Below, piece by piece: positions 9,439-18,208 of a stretch of DNA of 35,840 bases. The notes beneath the pieces were generated by a model. That model was not told where the DNA came from and searched no databases. It saw only the letters and a program-made list of their open reading frames with translations. The stretch spans positions 1 to 35,840 of the forward strand of contig CAISLL010000168.1 in the NCBI GenBank assembly GCA_903886165.1, in the 5' to 3' direction. Positions within the stretch are counted from its first letter, which is position 1, and each line of letters starts with the position of its first letter. This DNA is from an uncultured beta proteobacterium (GTDB taxonomy: Bacteria; Pseudomonadota; Gammaproteobacteria; Burkholderiales; Burkholderiaceae_C). The translations under genes and the position numbers were made by a program.

Positions 9439-11520
9439 CTATTGACCCATCGACTTGACAGACCCAGCCTCACCGGTCCGGGCCTGTGGTGCTGGCAATA
9501 CCGGCGCCGCGTTGATGGGCACCAGGCTGCTCGGCACCGGCTGCGCGTCTTGCATGCCGCTTCGCATCAGGTCGTAGCGGTCCATGGACAACTTGTCGGT
9601 AGACCGCACATCACGCACCACCACCGGGCGTAAAAACACCATCAGGTTGGTTTTTTTGCGGCTGCGGGCCTCGTTTTTAAACAGGTTGCCAAACAGCGGC
9701 ACATCGCCCAAACCTGGCACTTTTTCCTGGTTGCCCGCATATTCATCCTGCAGCAGGCCGCCCAGCACCACAATGGCGCCGTCTTCCACCAACACGTTTG
9801 ACTCGATCGTGCGCTTGTTGGTGGTCGGGCCATTGGGGGCGTTCACGCTGGACGGCAGCACGTTGGAGACTTCCTGGTAAATCGCCATCTTGACCGTGCC
9901 GTTTTCACTGATTTGCGGTTTGACCTTAAGCGTCAGGCCCACGTCCTTGCGCTCGATGGTCTGAAACGGGTTGACGGTGCCGGTGTTGCTGCTACCGCTG
10001 CCGGTGTTGGTGAATTGACCGGTGACAAACGGCACATTCTGCCCAATCACGATCTTGGCTTCTTCGTTGTCAAGGGTCAGTAAATTGGGCGTTGAGAGCA
10101 CATTGCCACTGCCCGAGTCTTCCAGAAAACGCGCCAGAAAACCCAGCACATAGACACCGTTGGTCTGCTGCACGGCACCAAAGTTAAGACCACGAGCCGG
10201 TGCCACTGTACCAGCCGCCGCGCCGGTTGCCAGGTTGATGATGTTCTTGCCGCCACTGCCAAAGTTGGTGCCCAGCAGACCGATCACACCGTCGCCCGCC
10301 TTGCCCAGCGGCCCCTGCCACTGGATACCGAATTCGGCTGCTTTTTCAACACTGACCTCGGCAATCAGGCTTTCCACAAACACCTGGGCACGGCGTGCAT
10401 CGAGCTTGTCGATGACGGCGCGCAGCTGGCGGTATTGCGGCTCGGGCGCGGTGATGATGAGTGAATTGGTGGCCGAATCGGCTTGAATTTGTCCGCCGGT
10501 GGTCGCCACCTGGGCTGGCGCACCGGCAGTGCCAGCCGGCGCAGCAACTGCCGCCACGTTGCCACTCATGGCCGCACGCAGCGTGGTTGCCAGCTTGGTG
10601 GCATCGGCGTTTTTCAGGTACACCACATGGATGTTGCCAGCCGCGCCATTTTGGCCGGCTGCCTCGGGCTGGTCCAGCTTGGCCACCAGCGAGCGCAGCA
10701 GCGCCAGTTGCGCCCCGTTGGCGGCGCGGGCAATCAGGGCGTTGGACCTTGATTCAGCCACCACTGTCGTTGTGAACGTGGCACCGCCGACACCGGTCGG
10801 CGCCACAGACGCACTGGCACCCAACAGCCGGAGCACCAGCGGTGCCAGATCAGACGCCAGCGCATGCTGCAACGGAATCACTTCCACATCGGTGGCATTG
10901 GCCACATCCAGCGCGGCAATGATGAGCGACAGACGACGCAGGTTGTCACCGTAATCTGTGATCACCAGCGAGTTGTTGCCGGGGTTGGCGTTGATGGTGT
11001 TGTTGGGGCTGATCAGGGGTCGCAGCACCGGCACCAGGTTGTTCGCAGACTCAAAATTGAGCTTGAATATTTGTGTCGCAATCTGGTTGCTGCCAGGCAG
11101 GTTGCCGGTGTCACCCTCCTGAATCGTCACACCGGCGCTTTGCAGTTTGGCCTCAGCTTCAGGCACCACCTTGTAGAGCCCGCCTGACTCCACCAGCGTA
11201 AAACCCTGCAGGCGCAACGCCGCCACAAACTGGCCCAGCGCCGCAGCCCGACTGACCGGCTTGTCAGTGACCAGTGTCAGCGTGCCCTTGACGCGTGGAT
11301 CAACCACCACATTGCGACCGGTGATGCTGGCAAAGGTGCGCGCCACCGCCTCGATGTCAGCCCCCTGAAAATTCAGCGTGACGCCCTCGCCGGCTTTGGC
11401 AGCCGGCGCGGTTTGTGCCAAGGCCCTTGTGGAAAATGAGCCTGTAGCTCCAATTATCATTGCGTACACCGCTATTGATAAAAGAGCTTTTTTAACCGAA
11501 ATCTGAGTATGTTGTGGCAT
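9439..11520 (-). CDS. gspD: T2SS outer membrane secretin GspD
   Basis: N0 domain VTLNFQGADI/VVDPRVKG, KH-like N domains, secretin motifs RRAQVFVESLIAEV, STPNLLTLDNEEA, KVPGLGDVPLFGNLFK, LMVFLRPVV. Start ATG 11520; TTG 11532 is possible. Confidence 0.96.
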   Translation of the reverse strand: MPQHTQISVKKALLSIAVYAMIIGATGSFSTRALAQTAPAAKAGEGVTLNFQGADIEAVARTFASITGRNVVVDPRVKGTLTLVTDKPVSRAAALGQFVAALRLQGFTLVESGGLYKVVPEAEAKLQSAGVTIQEGDTGNLPGSNQIATQIFKLNFESANNLVPVLRPLISPNNTINANPGNNSLVITDYGDNLRRLSLIIAALDVANATDVEVIPLQHALASDLAPLVLRLLGASASVAPTGVGGATFTTTVVAESRSNALIARAANGAQLALLRSLVAKLDQPEAAGQNGAAGNIHVVYLKNADATKLATTLRAAMSGNVAAVAAPAGTAGAPAQVATTGGQIQADSATNSLIITAPEPQYRQLRAVIDKLDARRAQVFVESLIAEVSVEKAAEFGIQWQGPLGKAGDGVIGLLGTNFGSGGKNIINLATGAAAGTVAPARGLNFGAVQQTNGVYVLGFLARFLEDSGSGNVLSTPNLLTLDNEEAKIVIGQNVPFVTGQFTNTGSGSSNTGTVNPFQTIERKDVGLTLKVKPQISENGTVKMAIYQEVSNVLPSSVNAPNGPTTNKRTIESNVLVEDGAIVVLGGLLQDEYAGNQEKVPGLGDVPLFGNLFKNEARSRKKTNLMVFLRPVVVRDVRSTDKLSMDRYDLMRSGMQDAQPVPSSLVPINAAPVLPAPQARTGEAGSVKSMGQ
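11429..11487 (-). repeat. Dispersed palindromic element copy, sense and in frame, in the gspD signal-peptide region
   Basis: Minus strand GCTCTTTTATCAATAGC GGTGTACGC AATGATAATT GGAGCTACAGGC aligns without gaps to the thiL, leuS and gspL copies. Confidence 0.75.
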
Positions 11521-11537
11521 GTGCTGACCCAATGTGA

Positions 11538-12377
11538 CTACCCAAGTTTGATGACGGAGCGTGCGCCATCGCGCCGCCCAATGATGTTCAACAAGTTCGA
11601 CAACGCCGCCTGATGCTCGGGGGCGCTACTGGCCTCGCCCACAAAGCGCAGCTTTCCGCCCACCCACTGGCCGCGCCCCGAAAGCAGCAAGCTACCACGC
11701 AGGGTGGCCATTTGCAATTCGGGTGTGGCGCCGCCGGCAAGTGTGAAGCGGTAGCTGCCCATCGGGCGCAGGGTGGAAAGCCTGGAAGAAATGTCTTGTG
11801 CGTCCAGCTGCGCTTGTCCTGCCACCTGAACGCGGCCCCCCGCCCATGTCAGGGTCAATCCACGGGTTGTCAGGGCCAGCTGCCCCTGCGGCGCAATCGT
11901 GTTGAACGGTGTGCCCAGGCCCATCAAAATCTCGGCAGGCCAGTCCGAGGGACTGTCTGACACATGCAAGGTGGCACCGCTCCAGATCGGTGCCAGCCAG
12001 AACCGCCACGGCTGCACCAGGCAGCATCCGGCCTCCAGCTGCACGCCCAGGCCGCTCAGTCCCGGCTGAATGCGCCAGCCCAGACGCGATGGCAGACTGG
12101 CCGACGCCACGCTGCCAGCACCACCAGTGAGTGTGAACCGGGCCGAGCCTGACCACACCGTGCCACGCGCGTCCAGCAGCAGCACCTGGCCGCCGCTTGC
12201 CTGGCGCACCGCGCCAGCCAGCCAGCGCGCCGGGGCAAACAACAACACACTGAGCAAGGCCCCCAGCAGCAGTCCGCTCGCCCCCCAGCCCCAAGGGGCA
12301 GGCAGGCCCATGCGCGTCAACAGCCCGGAGCGGACAGGCCTTTGAAGGCGGGGGGATGTTCGGGTCAGAAAGCGCAC
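11538..12377 (-). CDS. gspN: T2SS protein GspN
   Basis: N-terminal TM segment, APARWL, GTVWSG, GSYR; between gspM and gspD. Start uncertain. Confidence 0.88.
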   Translation of the reverse strand: MRFLTRTSPRLQRPVRSGLLTRMGLPAPWGWGASGLLLGALLSVLLFAPARWLAGAVRQASGGQVLLLDARGTVWSGSARFTLTGGAGSVASASLPSRLGWRIQPGLSGLGVQLEAGCCLVQPWRFWLAPIWSGATLHVSDSPSDWPAEILMGLGTPFNTIAPQGQLALTTRGLTLTWAGGRVQVAGQAQLDAQDISSRLSTLRPMGSYRFTLAGGATPELQMATLRGSLLLSGRGQWVGGKLRFVGEASSAPEHQAALSNLLNIIGRRDGARSVIKLG

Positions 12378-12396
12378 AGCGACACCGCTTGGTTCA

Positions 12397-12876
12397 TCAT
12401 GGCGCTGGCAAATGCAGCACCACGGTGCCGTCCCAATTCCCGGTCGCGTTGCGCATCAGGCGCGCCTCGGCGGGGACGATGCGGGCGTCTTGCCGCGCGG
12501 TGGTCAGCCACTGGGCCAGCTCATCGGGGGCGACCGCCTTCAGCGTGACGGTGACACGATCTACCTGCACCACCATTTGCGCACTGTCACCCAGTGGCTT
12601 GAGCGATGCCTCGAGTGCACTGCGTGCCTGTTCGGCAGACATCAAAGGCTGTGCGCGCAAGGCCAGCGCCTGTGCTTTCAGGCCTTGCATGTGTTGGTTT
12701 TGGGCGTCCAGCGCCAGATGCTGCAGGGGTGCGGTCTTGAGCACCTTCAACGCAGGTGACAGCGCCACCCACCAAAGCAGCGCCAGCAGTACCACGCCTA
12801 CTGCCAGGAGCAACATCCGCTGCTCACGTGGCGAGGCACGACGCCAGCGCTCTTGCAAGCCGGCCAAGGCACTCAT
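12397..12876 (-). CDS. gspM: T2SS protein GspM
   Basis: W..ASPREQRML followed by a TM segment; ATGA overlap with the gspL stop. Confidence 0.9.
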   Translation of the reverse strand: MSALAGLQERWRRASPREQRMLLLAVGVVLLALLWWVALSPALKVLKTAPLQHLALDAQNQHMQGLKAQALALRAQPLMSAEQARSALEASLKPLGDSAQMVVQVDRVTVTLKAVAPDELAQWLTTARQDARIVPAEARLMRNATGNWDGTVVLHLPAP

Positions 12877-14153
12877 GGCTGGACTCCGGCAGCGATCAGC
12901 CAATGCTCGCCCTGCTCGACCGCACGCAGCCCACGCGCCTTTAGCTGTGTTGCCACAGCCGCCGCGTCATTCACTTTGGTGCCCTGCAAGCGCAACTCAG
13001 ACGATGCAAACTCAATAGCAGTCAAGGAATATCCCACAGGAGCTACAGCCGCAAATGACGCCAACACGCTCTCCATGTCACTACCGGCAGCCGCACCGCT
13101 GGCACGCTGCAAGGCGGCCACCTCGCGGGCCATTTGCAACGGCGCATCGACCACCACCGGGACCTTGGGAAAGGTCTCGAGCAACACGGCACGCACCGCC
13201 TCTCGCTTGGCATTCAGCAGAGCCTGCTCGCGCAGGGCCCAGGCGTTCAATCCAAACAGGTTCACAAACACACCCAACACCAGCACCACCCGGGCCACGC
13301 GCCACTGCGGCGCGCGCAAGAAACTGACAAAGGCCTGTGTCACGCTGGCCCAACGTCGATCACGATTGACGTGTGCCAGGTCAAATTGGGCCAGATCCCA
13401 GGGTGATTGGGCGGCATGGAGTAAACGCTCGGCACGCTGCTGCAAGGTCGCGTGCCGCTTGAACCAGGCTTCGGCCAGCGCCGCCACGGCGGGTTCGGCC
13501 ACCAGTTGCGGCGGCGTTTGCTGTGCGCCCTGCGCCTGTGCTTCACCCAGCAACAGCATGGCAGGCGCGCTAAGTTCACAGGCCAGCAACCCGCCCGTTG
13601 CGGCACTGGCAGCTGTGGCATCACCCTCAGCAGCCAGCACGCGCTGCAAACCGGCCACACGCGGGTGCTCTGCCTCACCTGTCACGACCACAGTGCCGGC
13701 AAGCGCCTGCGGCGTGAACTCGGGCACCACCCGGTCCACTGCGAGGCCTGCCCCGGCCAGGGCGCTCAATGCGGCTTTGAGCCAAACCCGGTCACAAGCG
13801 GCCACCCAGACCAACGGTTCTGAGGTTGCGTGCGGCTGCAGGGCCAGGTGCAACTGCGCCGGATCGTCCAGCAACTGGTCTTCCAGCGCACCGTCCAGAA
13901 TGGCGCGCAAGCGGTTGTTGGCCCGCTCACCTGACAAGACACGCGGCACGCTGCCTACGGGCAGCTTCACCTGATGCCAGGAAAGCACTTGCACGGGCAC
14001 CAGGACCACCACTTCATCATGGTTGGCAGGCAGCAGCGCCAGGGGCGCATTGCCTTGGGAGCTGGCCGTGACGCCATCGGTGCTGAGCACATAGTCAAAA
14101 TGCGCAGCAGCATCAATGGTGCCTGGGGAAAAGGGGATGATCAGGGTGGTCAT
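12873..14153 (-). CDS. gspL: T2SS protein GspL
   Basis: Actin-like cytoplasmic region (VVLVP, LEDQLLDDP, LHLAL), DLAQFD before a single TM segment, FPKVPVVVDAPLQM. Confidence 0.9.
   Translation of the reverse strand: MTTLIIPFSPGTIDAAAHFDYVLSTDGVTASSQGNAPLALLPANHDEVVVLVPVQVLSWHQVKLPVGSVPRVLSGERANNRLRAILDGALEDQLLDDPAQLHLALQPHATSEPLVWVAACDRVWLKAALSALAGAGLAVDRVVPEFTPQALAGTVVVTGEAEHPRVAGLQRVLAAEGDATAASAATGGLLACELSAPAMLLLGEAQAQGAQQTPPQLVAEPAVAALAEAWFKRHATLQQRAERLLHAAQSPWDLAQFDLAHVNRDRRWASVTQAFVSFLRAPQWRVARVVLVLGVFVNLFGLNAWALREQALLNAKREAVRAVLLETFPKVPVVVDAPLQMAREVAALQRASGAAAGSDMESVLASFAAVAPVGYSLTAIEFASSELRLQGTKVNDAAAVATQLKARGLRAVEQGEHWLIAAGVQP
13003..13061 (+). repeat. Dispersed palindromic element copy, antisense within gspL
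   Basis: GATGCAAACTCAATAGC AGTCAAGGA ATATCCCACA GGAGCTACAGCC shares TCAATAGC-N19-GGAGCTACAG exactly with the gspD copy. Confidence 0.65.
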
Positions 14154-14168
14154 GGTGTCGGTGTCAAA

Positions 14169-15170
14169 TCATTGTAGGGGCGACACTGGCGTGGTCAGAA
14201 CCTCACGCGCACGGCTCAAGACTTTCACATCCAGACCATCGCGCTGCAATACGGAGCGTTCCTGCAAGGTGCTTTGCCCCAGGCGCAACTGCCCGGTGAC
14301 GCTGAAAAAGCGTGACGCCACACTGTGCATGGCGGCATCAAATTTCACATCCGGGTTATTCACCAGTTGCAGGGCATCCATCAAAGTCCCAATCGGGGTC
14401 ACAGCGCGAAACTGCGTCATCTGGCGTGCCTGCGCCGGTGTCAGCCCTTCGACGCTGGCCACCAACACCTCGACCGGCGCCGTGTTGAGATTGACCGGTG
14501 TTGGCCCCGGCAACAGCGTCACAAAAGGGGAAAGCGTCCGCAAGGTGTCTGCCGACAGTCCGAGCCAGGCCAGGTCGGCCACGCTGCGCGGCCAGAGCGG
14601 CGCCTTCGGGTCAGGTTTGCCGGGCGTCAGCGCGGTGGCGGCCAGCACCAGCCGCTGCGTCATCAGGTCAAGCTCGGACTCCGGCAGATTGAGGTGTTTG
14701 AACAGTTTGGCCCAGGCGGCACGGGTCGGCTCATCCAATTTGCCGCTGTCAACCAGGTTGGCCACGTTCAGGCGCGCCTGCAGGTCTTCCATGTTGCCAG
14801 CCAGAAAAGCCTCGCTGTCAGAGCCGGTGTCGTCGCCGACCAGGGTCTGGCCGCGCTCAGCCGCCAGAAACGTCGACAAACGTGCGGATGCCAGCGGTAC
14901 CGCCCAAGGCTCGGCCAGGTGATCGGCGCCACCTTGCCGGGCGTCTTCGCGCAGGATCAGGCGCGCCCAGTCAAGCGCGCCAGTCAAGATCCAGGCCGAT
15001 TGCACGCGTGTGCGCTGGGCAGATTCCAGCGCCACACCACGCCACTGCTGCCACATCATGCCGGCGGCCAGGGTCGCCACCAGCGCCACAGTCAGCATAG
15101 CCATCAGGATCGCCGCACCTCGCTGGGACTGGCCTAAGACCAAGGGCACCTTGCCTTGCAACGGCCTCAT
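14169..15170 (-). CDS. gspK: T2SS minor pseudopilin GspK
   Basis: QRG/AAILMAML prepilin site lacking Glu5, DHLAEPWA, DLQARLNV, VNLNTAP. ATGA overlap with the gspJ stop; the ORF-track extension to 15560 is not believable. Confidence 0.93.
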   Translation of the reverse strand: MRPLQGKVPLVLGQSQRGAAILMAMLTVALVATLAAGMMWQQWRGVALESAQRTRVQSAWILTGALDWARLILREDARQGGADHLAEPWAVPLASARLSTFLAAERGQTLVGDDTGSDSEAFLAGNMEDLQARLNVANLVDSGKLDEPTRAAWAKLFKHLNLPESELDLMTQRLVLAATALTPGKPDPKAPLWPRSVADLAWLGLSADTLRTLSPFVTLLPGPTPVNLNTAPVEVLVASVEGLTPAQARQMTQFRAVTPIGTLMDALQLVNNPDVKFDAAMHSVASRFFSVTGQLRLGQSTLQERSVLQRDGLDVKVLSRAREVLTTPVSPLQ

Positions 15171-15874
15171 TTGCCACCTCCGAGCGCCGGTCGCGCCCAA
15201 TCGCGCGTCAGAGTGCCGCTGATGGCCTGCCCGCCTGCGAGATTGAGCACCAGGCGCACACCATCCGGCGTGCTTTCGGCTGAAGCCGCCACCGGCCTGA
15301 CGTCGCCACTTGCCTGCGCTGCGCTGTCTGGTGCACCCGCGCTGGACATTGGGTTGGTCCAGGCGTTGCCACGGTAATAAAAAATCTGCCAGGCATCCAG
15401 CGCCACCGTGCGCACCTCGCGCAGGCGGTCTTCGTCGCTGGGTGTCTGTGCCCAGATCTGCGCTTTTTGCCAGGCCAGGTCCAGCTCGCCTCGGCTGCGC
15501 AGCTCGGGCGACTGCCAGCGCAGCCATTGGCCAACGCCATCCACATTGCGCAGCGCCCACGCCACCACGTGCAGGCCTTCACCAGGCACGGCACTGCCGC
15601 GGCGCAAGATGCGCATGGCACGTCCATCCCAGTCCAAGCTGGGATGGTTGGGTTGCTCTGCCATGGCCTCCAGATCGGCACCCCACTGGCCCAAAGTGGA
15701 CTGCAGGGTTTGCACGTCATCGCTGCGCTGCTGCAGTTGCGCTTGCGCTCGGCTGATGCCGTCCAGGCCGCGCCAGCTCAACACGGCCATCAGCGCCATC
15801 AGGCTAATCGCCACCAGCAACTCAATCAAGGTAAAACCATGCAGCGATAACCGCAGATGCGAGCGCATCAACAT
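15167..15874 (-). CDS. gspJ: T2SS minor pseudopilin GspJ
   Basis: G/FTLIELLVA N-methylation motif; TGATG overlap with the gspI stop. Confidence 0.92.
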   Translation of the reverse strand: MLMRSHLRLSLHGFTLIELLVAISLMALMAVLSWRGLDGISRAQAQLQQRSDDVQTLQSTLGQWGADLEAMAEQPNHPSLDWDGRAMRILRRGSAVPGEGLHVVAWALRNVDGVGQWLRWQSPELRSRGELDLAWQKAQIWAQTPSDEDRLREVRTVALDAWQIFYYRGNAWTNPMSSAGAPDSAAQASGDVRPVAASAESTPDGVRLVLNLAGGQAISGTLTRDWARPALGGGK

Positions 15875-16236
15875 CAATAACGCCCCACCACGGTGCTGAC
15901 GCGCCAAATGGGCCGCTCCCCGTCCAGCACCTGGGCGTCAACCCGTCGAAAGTTGGGATTGGGCGTCGGTCTCACGCCCAATCCCACGGTCAACTGGCGC
16001 CCGGCTTGCTGACACGCTGTCTGGTTGTCACCCACGCCAGGCAACTGGCGCGCCAGGCGCACTTGGGTAAGCGCGTTTTCGGCGCACAACTGCGCCAGCA
16101 ACATGTCAGCCTGGCGCTGCGCATGCCGCGTGATGGCCCCGGTGGCCTGCAGGCCCGCCGTCAGGGAAATGGCCACAACGCCCAGCGCCACCAGCACCTC
16201 GACCAGCGTGAAGCCCCGCTGCCTTGCCTGATTCAT
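15874..16236 (-). CDS. gspI: T2SS minor pseudopilin GspI
   Basis: G/FTLVEVLVAL, TPNPNFRRV. Confidence 0.94.
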   Translation of the reverse strand: MNQARQRGFTLVEVLVALGVVAISLTAGLQATGAITRHAQRQADMLLAQLCAENALTQVRLARQLPGVGDNQTACQQAGRQLTVGLGVRPTPNPNFRRVDAQVLDGERPIWRVSTVVGRY

Positions 16237-16727
16237 GGCGCCACCTGCACCGCAAATGGACGCACACCATCGGTACCAAGGCGCACGAGCTTGTCGGGTT
16301 GACTGCGCGACAACAGCGTGACACTTTGCGGCGCAATGATCGGCTCGGGACCTAACAATAGGGCGACCGGTGGTCCCGCTAGAGCAACCGTGCGCCCCAC
16401 CTCAACTTCGGCGCGAATGTCACTGTCGAGCCAGGCCTGTGGCAGCGCGGCAGCGCCACCAGCCGGGTCACTCAAGCCTTCAAACCTGAAACCATGCGCC
16501 GTGGGCAACCAGCGCACCGGCACACCGCTGAGCTGCGACTGCGCCCGCGCCGATTCCAGCAAGGCGGACAGGCGCAAGGCCTCGCGTTCTAGCTGGGTCT
16601 GGGTGCCGTCGCGCATGGCAAAGCCCACACCGGCAGAGCCAATCGCCACAATCGCCAACACCACCAGCAGTTCCAGCAGCGTGAAACCCCTCTGAAAAGG
16701 CCTTGTGAAACGGGCCACTAGTGACAC
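16233..16727 (-). CDS. gspH: T2SS minor pseudopilin GspH
   Basis: G/FTLLELLVV, LEREALRLSALLESARA; between gspG and gspI. Confidence 0.9.
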   Translation of the reverse strand: MSLVARFTRPFQRGFTLLELLVVLAIVAIGSAGVGFAMRDGTQTQLEREALRLSALLESARAQSQLSGVPVRWLPTAHGFRFEGLSDPAGGAAALPQAWLDSDIRAEVEVGRTVALAGPPVALLLGPEPIIAPQSVTLLSRSQPDKLVRLGTDGVRPFAVQVAP

Positions 16728-16732
16728 AGGTG

Positions 16733-17176
16733 TCAGGGTTGCCAGCTGCCAATGTCGGCATTGTTGCCTTCACCACCGGCCTGACCATCGGCGCCATAAG
16801 ACATCACGTCCACCTCGCCCTTGATGCCCGGGTTAAGGTACACATAGGGCGCACCCCAAGGGTCTTTGGGCAACTGATCAAGGTATGTTTTCCAGTTGTT
16901 GGGCACAGGCGGCGTAGTTGGCTTGGCCAGCAGCGCCTGCAAACCCTGGTCGGCGGTGGGATAGCGCTGGTTATCAAGCTTGTAAAGCTTCAAAGCCTGC
17001 ATCAGGTTGGTGACGTCGGTCTTGGCCGCCGTGACACGGGCATCGTCAGCCCGGTTCAACACATTGGGGACAATCAGCGCGGCCAACACGCCGATGATGA
17101 GCAGCACCACCATCAGCTCGATCAGGGTGAAGCCGCACTGGAGACGTTGATGAACTGGGGAGAATTTGGATTTCAT
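16733..17176 (-). CDS. gspG: T2SS major pseudopilin GspG
   Basis: G/FTLIELMVV, YKLDNQRYPT, LPKDPWG, SYGADG...ADI. Confidence 0.97.
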   Translation of the reverse strand: MKSKFSPVHQRLQCGFTLIELMVVLLIIGVLAALIVPNVLNRADDARVTAAKTDVTNLMQALKLYKLDNQRYPTADQGLQALLAKPTTPPVPNNWKTYLDQLPKDPWGAPYVYLNPGIKGEVDVMSYGADGQAGGEGNNADIGSWQP

Positions 17177-17222
17177 GGTGAAACGAAGAAGGCCCGTAAG
17201 TGTTGCGATGATAATCGCGCCC

Positions 17223-17696
17223 ATGCTGGACCCAAGCCTTCCTTCATCACTTGACCTGTGGCGACCACGTCTGGTGACTTTTCTGCTCGCGGCCTGCGCA
17301 GCCGCCAGCGTTGGTTACTGGGTATTGCAGTGGCCCGCACCCTCGGACAAACCGGTCGCAGTTGTGCCAGCGCCTGAGGCGCGCCCCATCGACACGGCCA
17401 AAGTCGCTCAGCTGCTTGGTGCCACGGCCGACACAGGCCTCGCAGGCGGACAAAATCCGTCCGTGAGCGCAGCTGTCAGGTACAAACTGATTGGCGTGAT
17501 TGCCTTGGGCTCCCGCGACGGCAGTGCATTGATCGCCGTTGACGGCCAACCAGCCAGACCTTTCCGTGTCGGAGACCATCTTGGCGATGACCTGGTGTTG
17601 CAGTCAGTCAACCACCGCAGCGTCTCGCTTGCCAACGACCAAGATGGCAACAGCCGTGTCACACTGGAACTGCCACCGGTGCCAGGCGGGCAATGA
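17223..17696 (+). CDS. gspC: T2SS GspC-like protein (TM plus HR domain, no PDZ)
   Basis: TM segment, then YKLIGVIA...ALIAVDGQPARPFRVG; divergent from gspG. Confidence 0.75.
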   Translation: MLDPSLPSSLDLWRPRLVTFLLAACAAASVGYWVLQWPAPSDKPVAVVPAPEARPIDTAKVAQLLGATADTGLAGGQNPSVSAAVRYKLIGVIALGSRDGSALIAVDGQPARPFRVGDHLGDDLVLQSVNHRSVSLANDQDGNSRVTLELPPVPGGQ

Positions 17697-17801
17697 GTCA
17701 TTCCAATTTTCTGACATGTTGCGCACCGATTGAACGCAAGGAGATTGGGGGCACAAACCAGGCCTTTTGTGCCGTTTCGACGCCCCGGTTAGCATCACAG
17801 C

Positions 17802-18203
17802 ATGAGCCCAAAGCCAAAATACCAATTTCTTGTGCAGGTGAAGCCTCGTTACCTGGCTGACCAGTCAGACCCGGACCAACACCTGTACTTCTTTGCCTAC
17901 ACCATCACCATCCGCAACACCGGCAGCATTGCCGCGCAGTTGATTTCCCGCACCTGGAATGTGAACGACGCAAACGGCCACACTGAAAAGGTCAAGGGTC
18001 TGGGTGTTGTCGGCCACCAGCCGCTGCTGCAACCCGGCGAAGCCTTTGAATACACCAGCGGCACACGCCTGCGCACCCCCACTGGCACCATGCATGGCAG
18101 CTATTTCTGCGTGGCCGAAGACGGAGAAAAATTTGACGTGGACGTGCCGATGTTTGTGCTGGACGCCCTGAGCGAAAGTGGTGGCACACGCACCCTGCAC
18201 TGA
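17802..18203 (+). CDS. apaG: ApaG (CorD) protein
   Basis: FAYTITIRN, QLISRTW, GLGVVGHQP, FEYTSG, GTMHGSY. Confidence 0.96.
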   Translation: MSPKPKYQFLVQVKPRYLADQSDPDQHLYFFAYTITIRNTGSIAAQLISRTWNVNDANGHTEKVKGLGVVGHQPLLQPGEAFEYTSGTRLRTPTGTMHGSYFCVAEDGEKFDVDVPMFVLDALSESGGTRTLH

Positions 18204-18208
18204 ACCCG

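Noticed and set aside
16722-16735. Palindrome TGACAC-AG-GTGTCA spanning the gspG stop and gspH start
   Set aside because: Only 6-bp arms and a single occurrence; it could modulate translational coupling but cannot be told from chance.
17203-17221. Fur box at the gspG/gspC promoter (ATGATAATC)
   Set aside because: Only the central 9 nt match the 19-bp consensus, and -10 elements explain them.
6643-17696. Missing gspO (prepilin peptidase) as a sign of a defective T2SS
   Set aside because: PilD encoded elsewhere commonly serves T2SS pseudopilins, and all visible gsp frames are intact.
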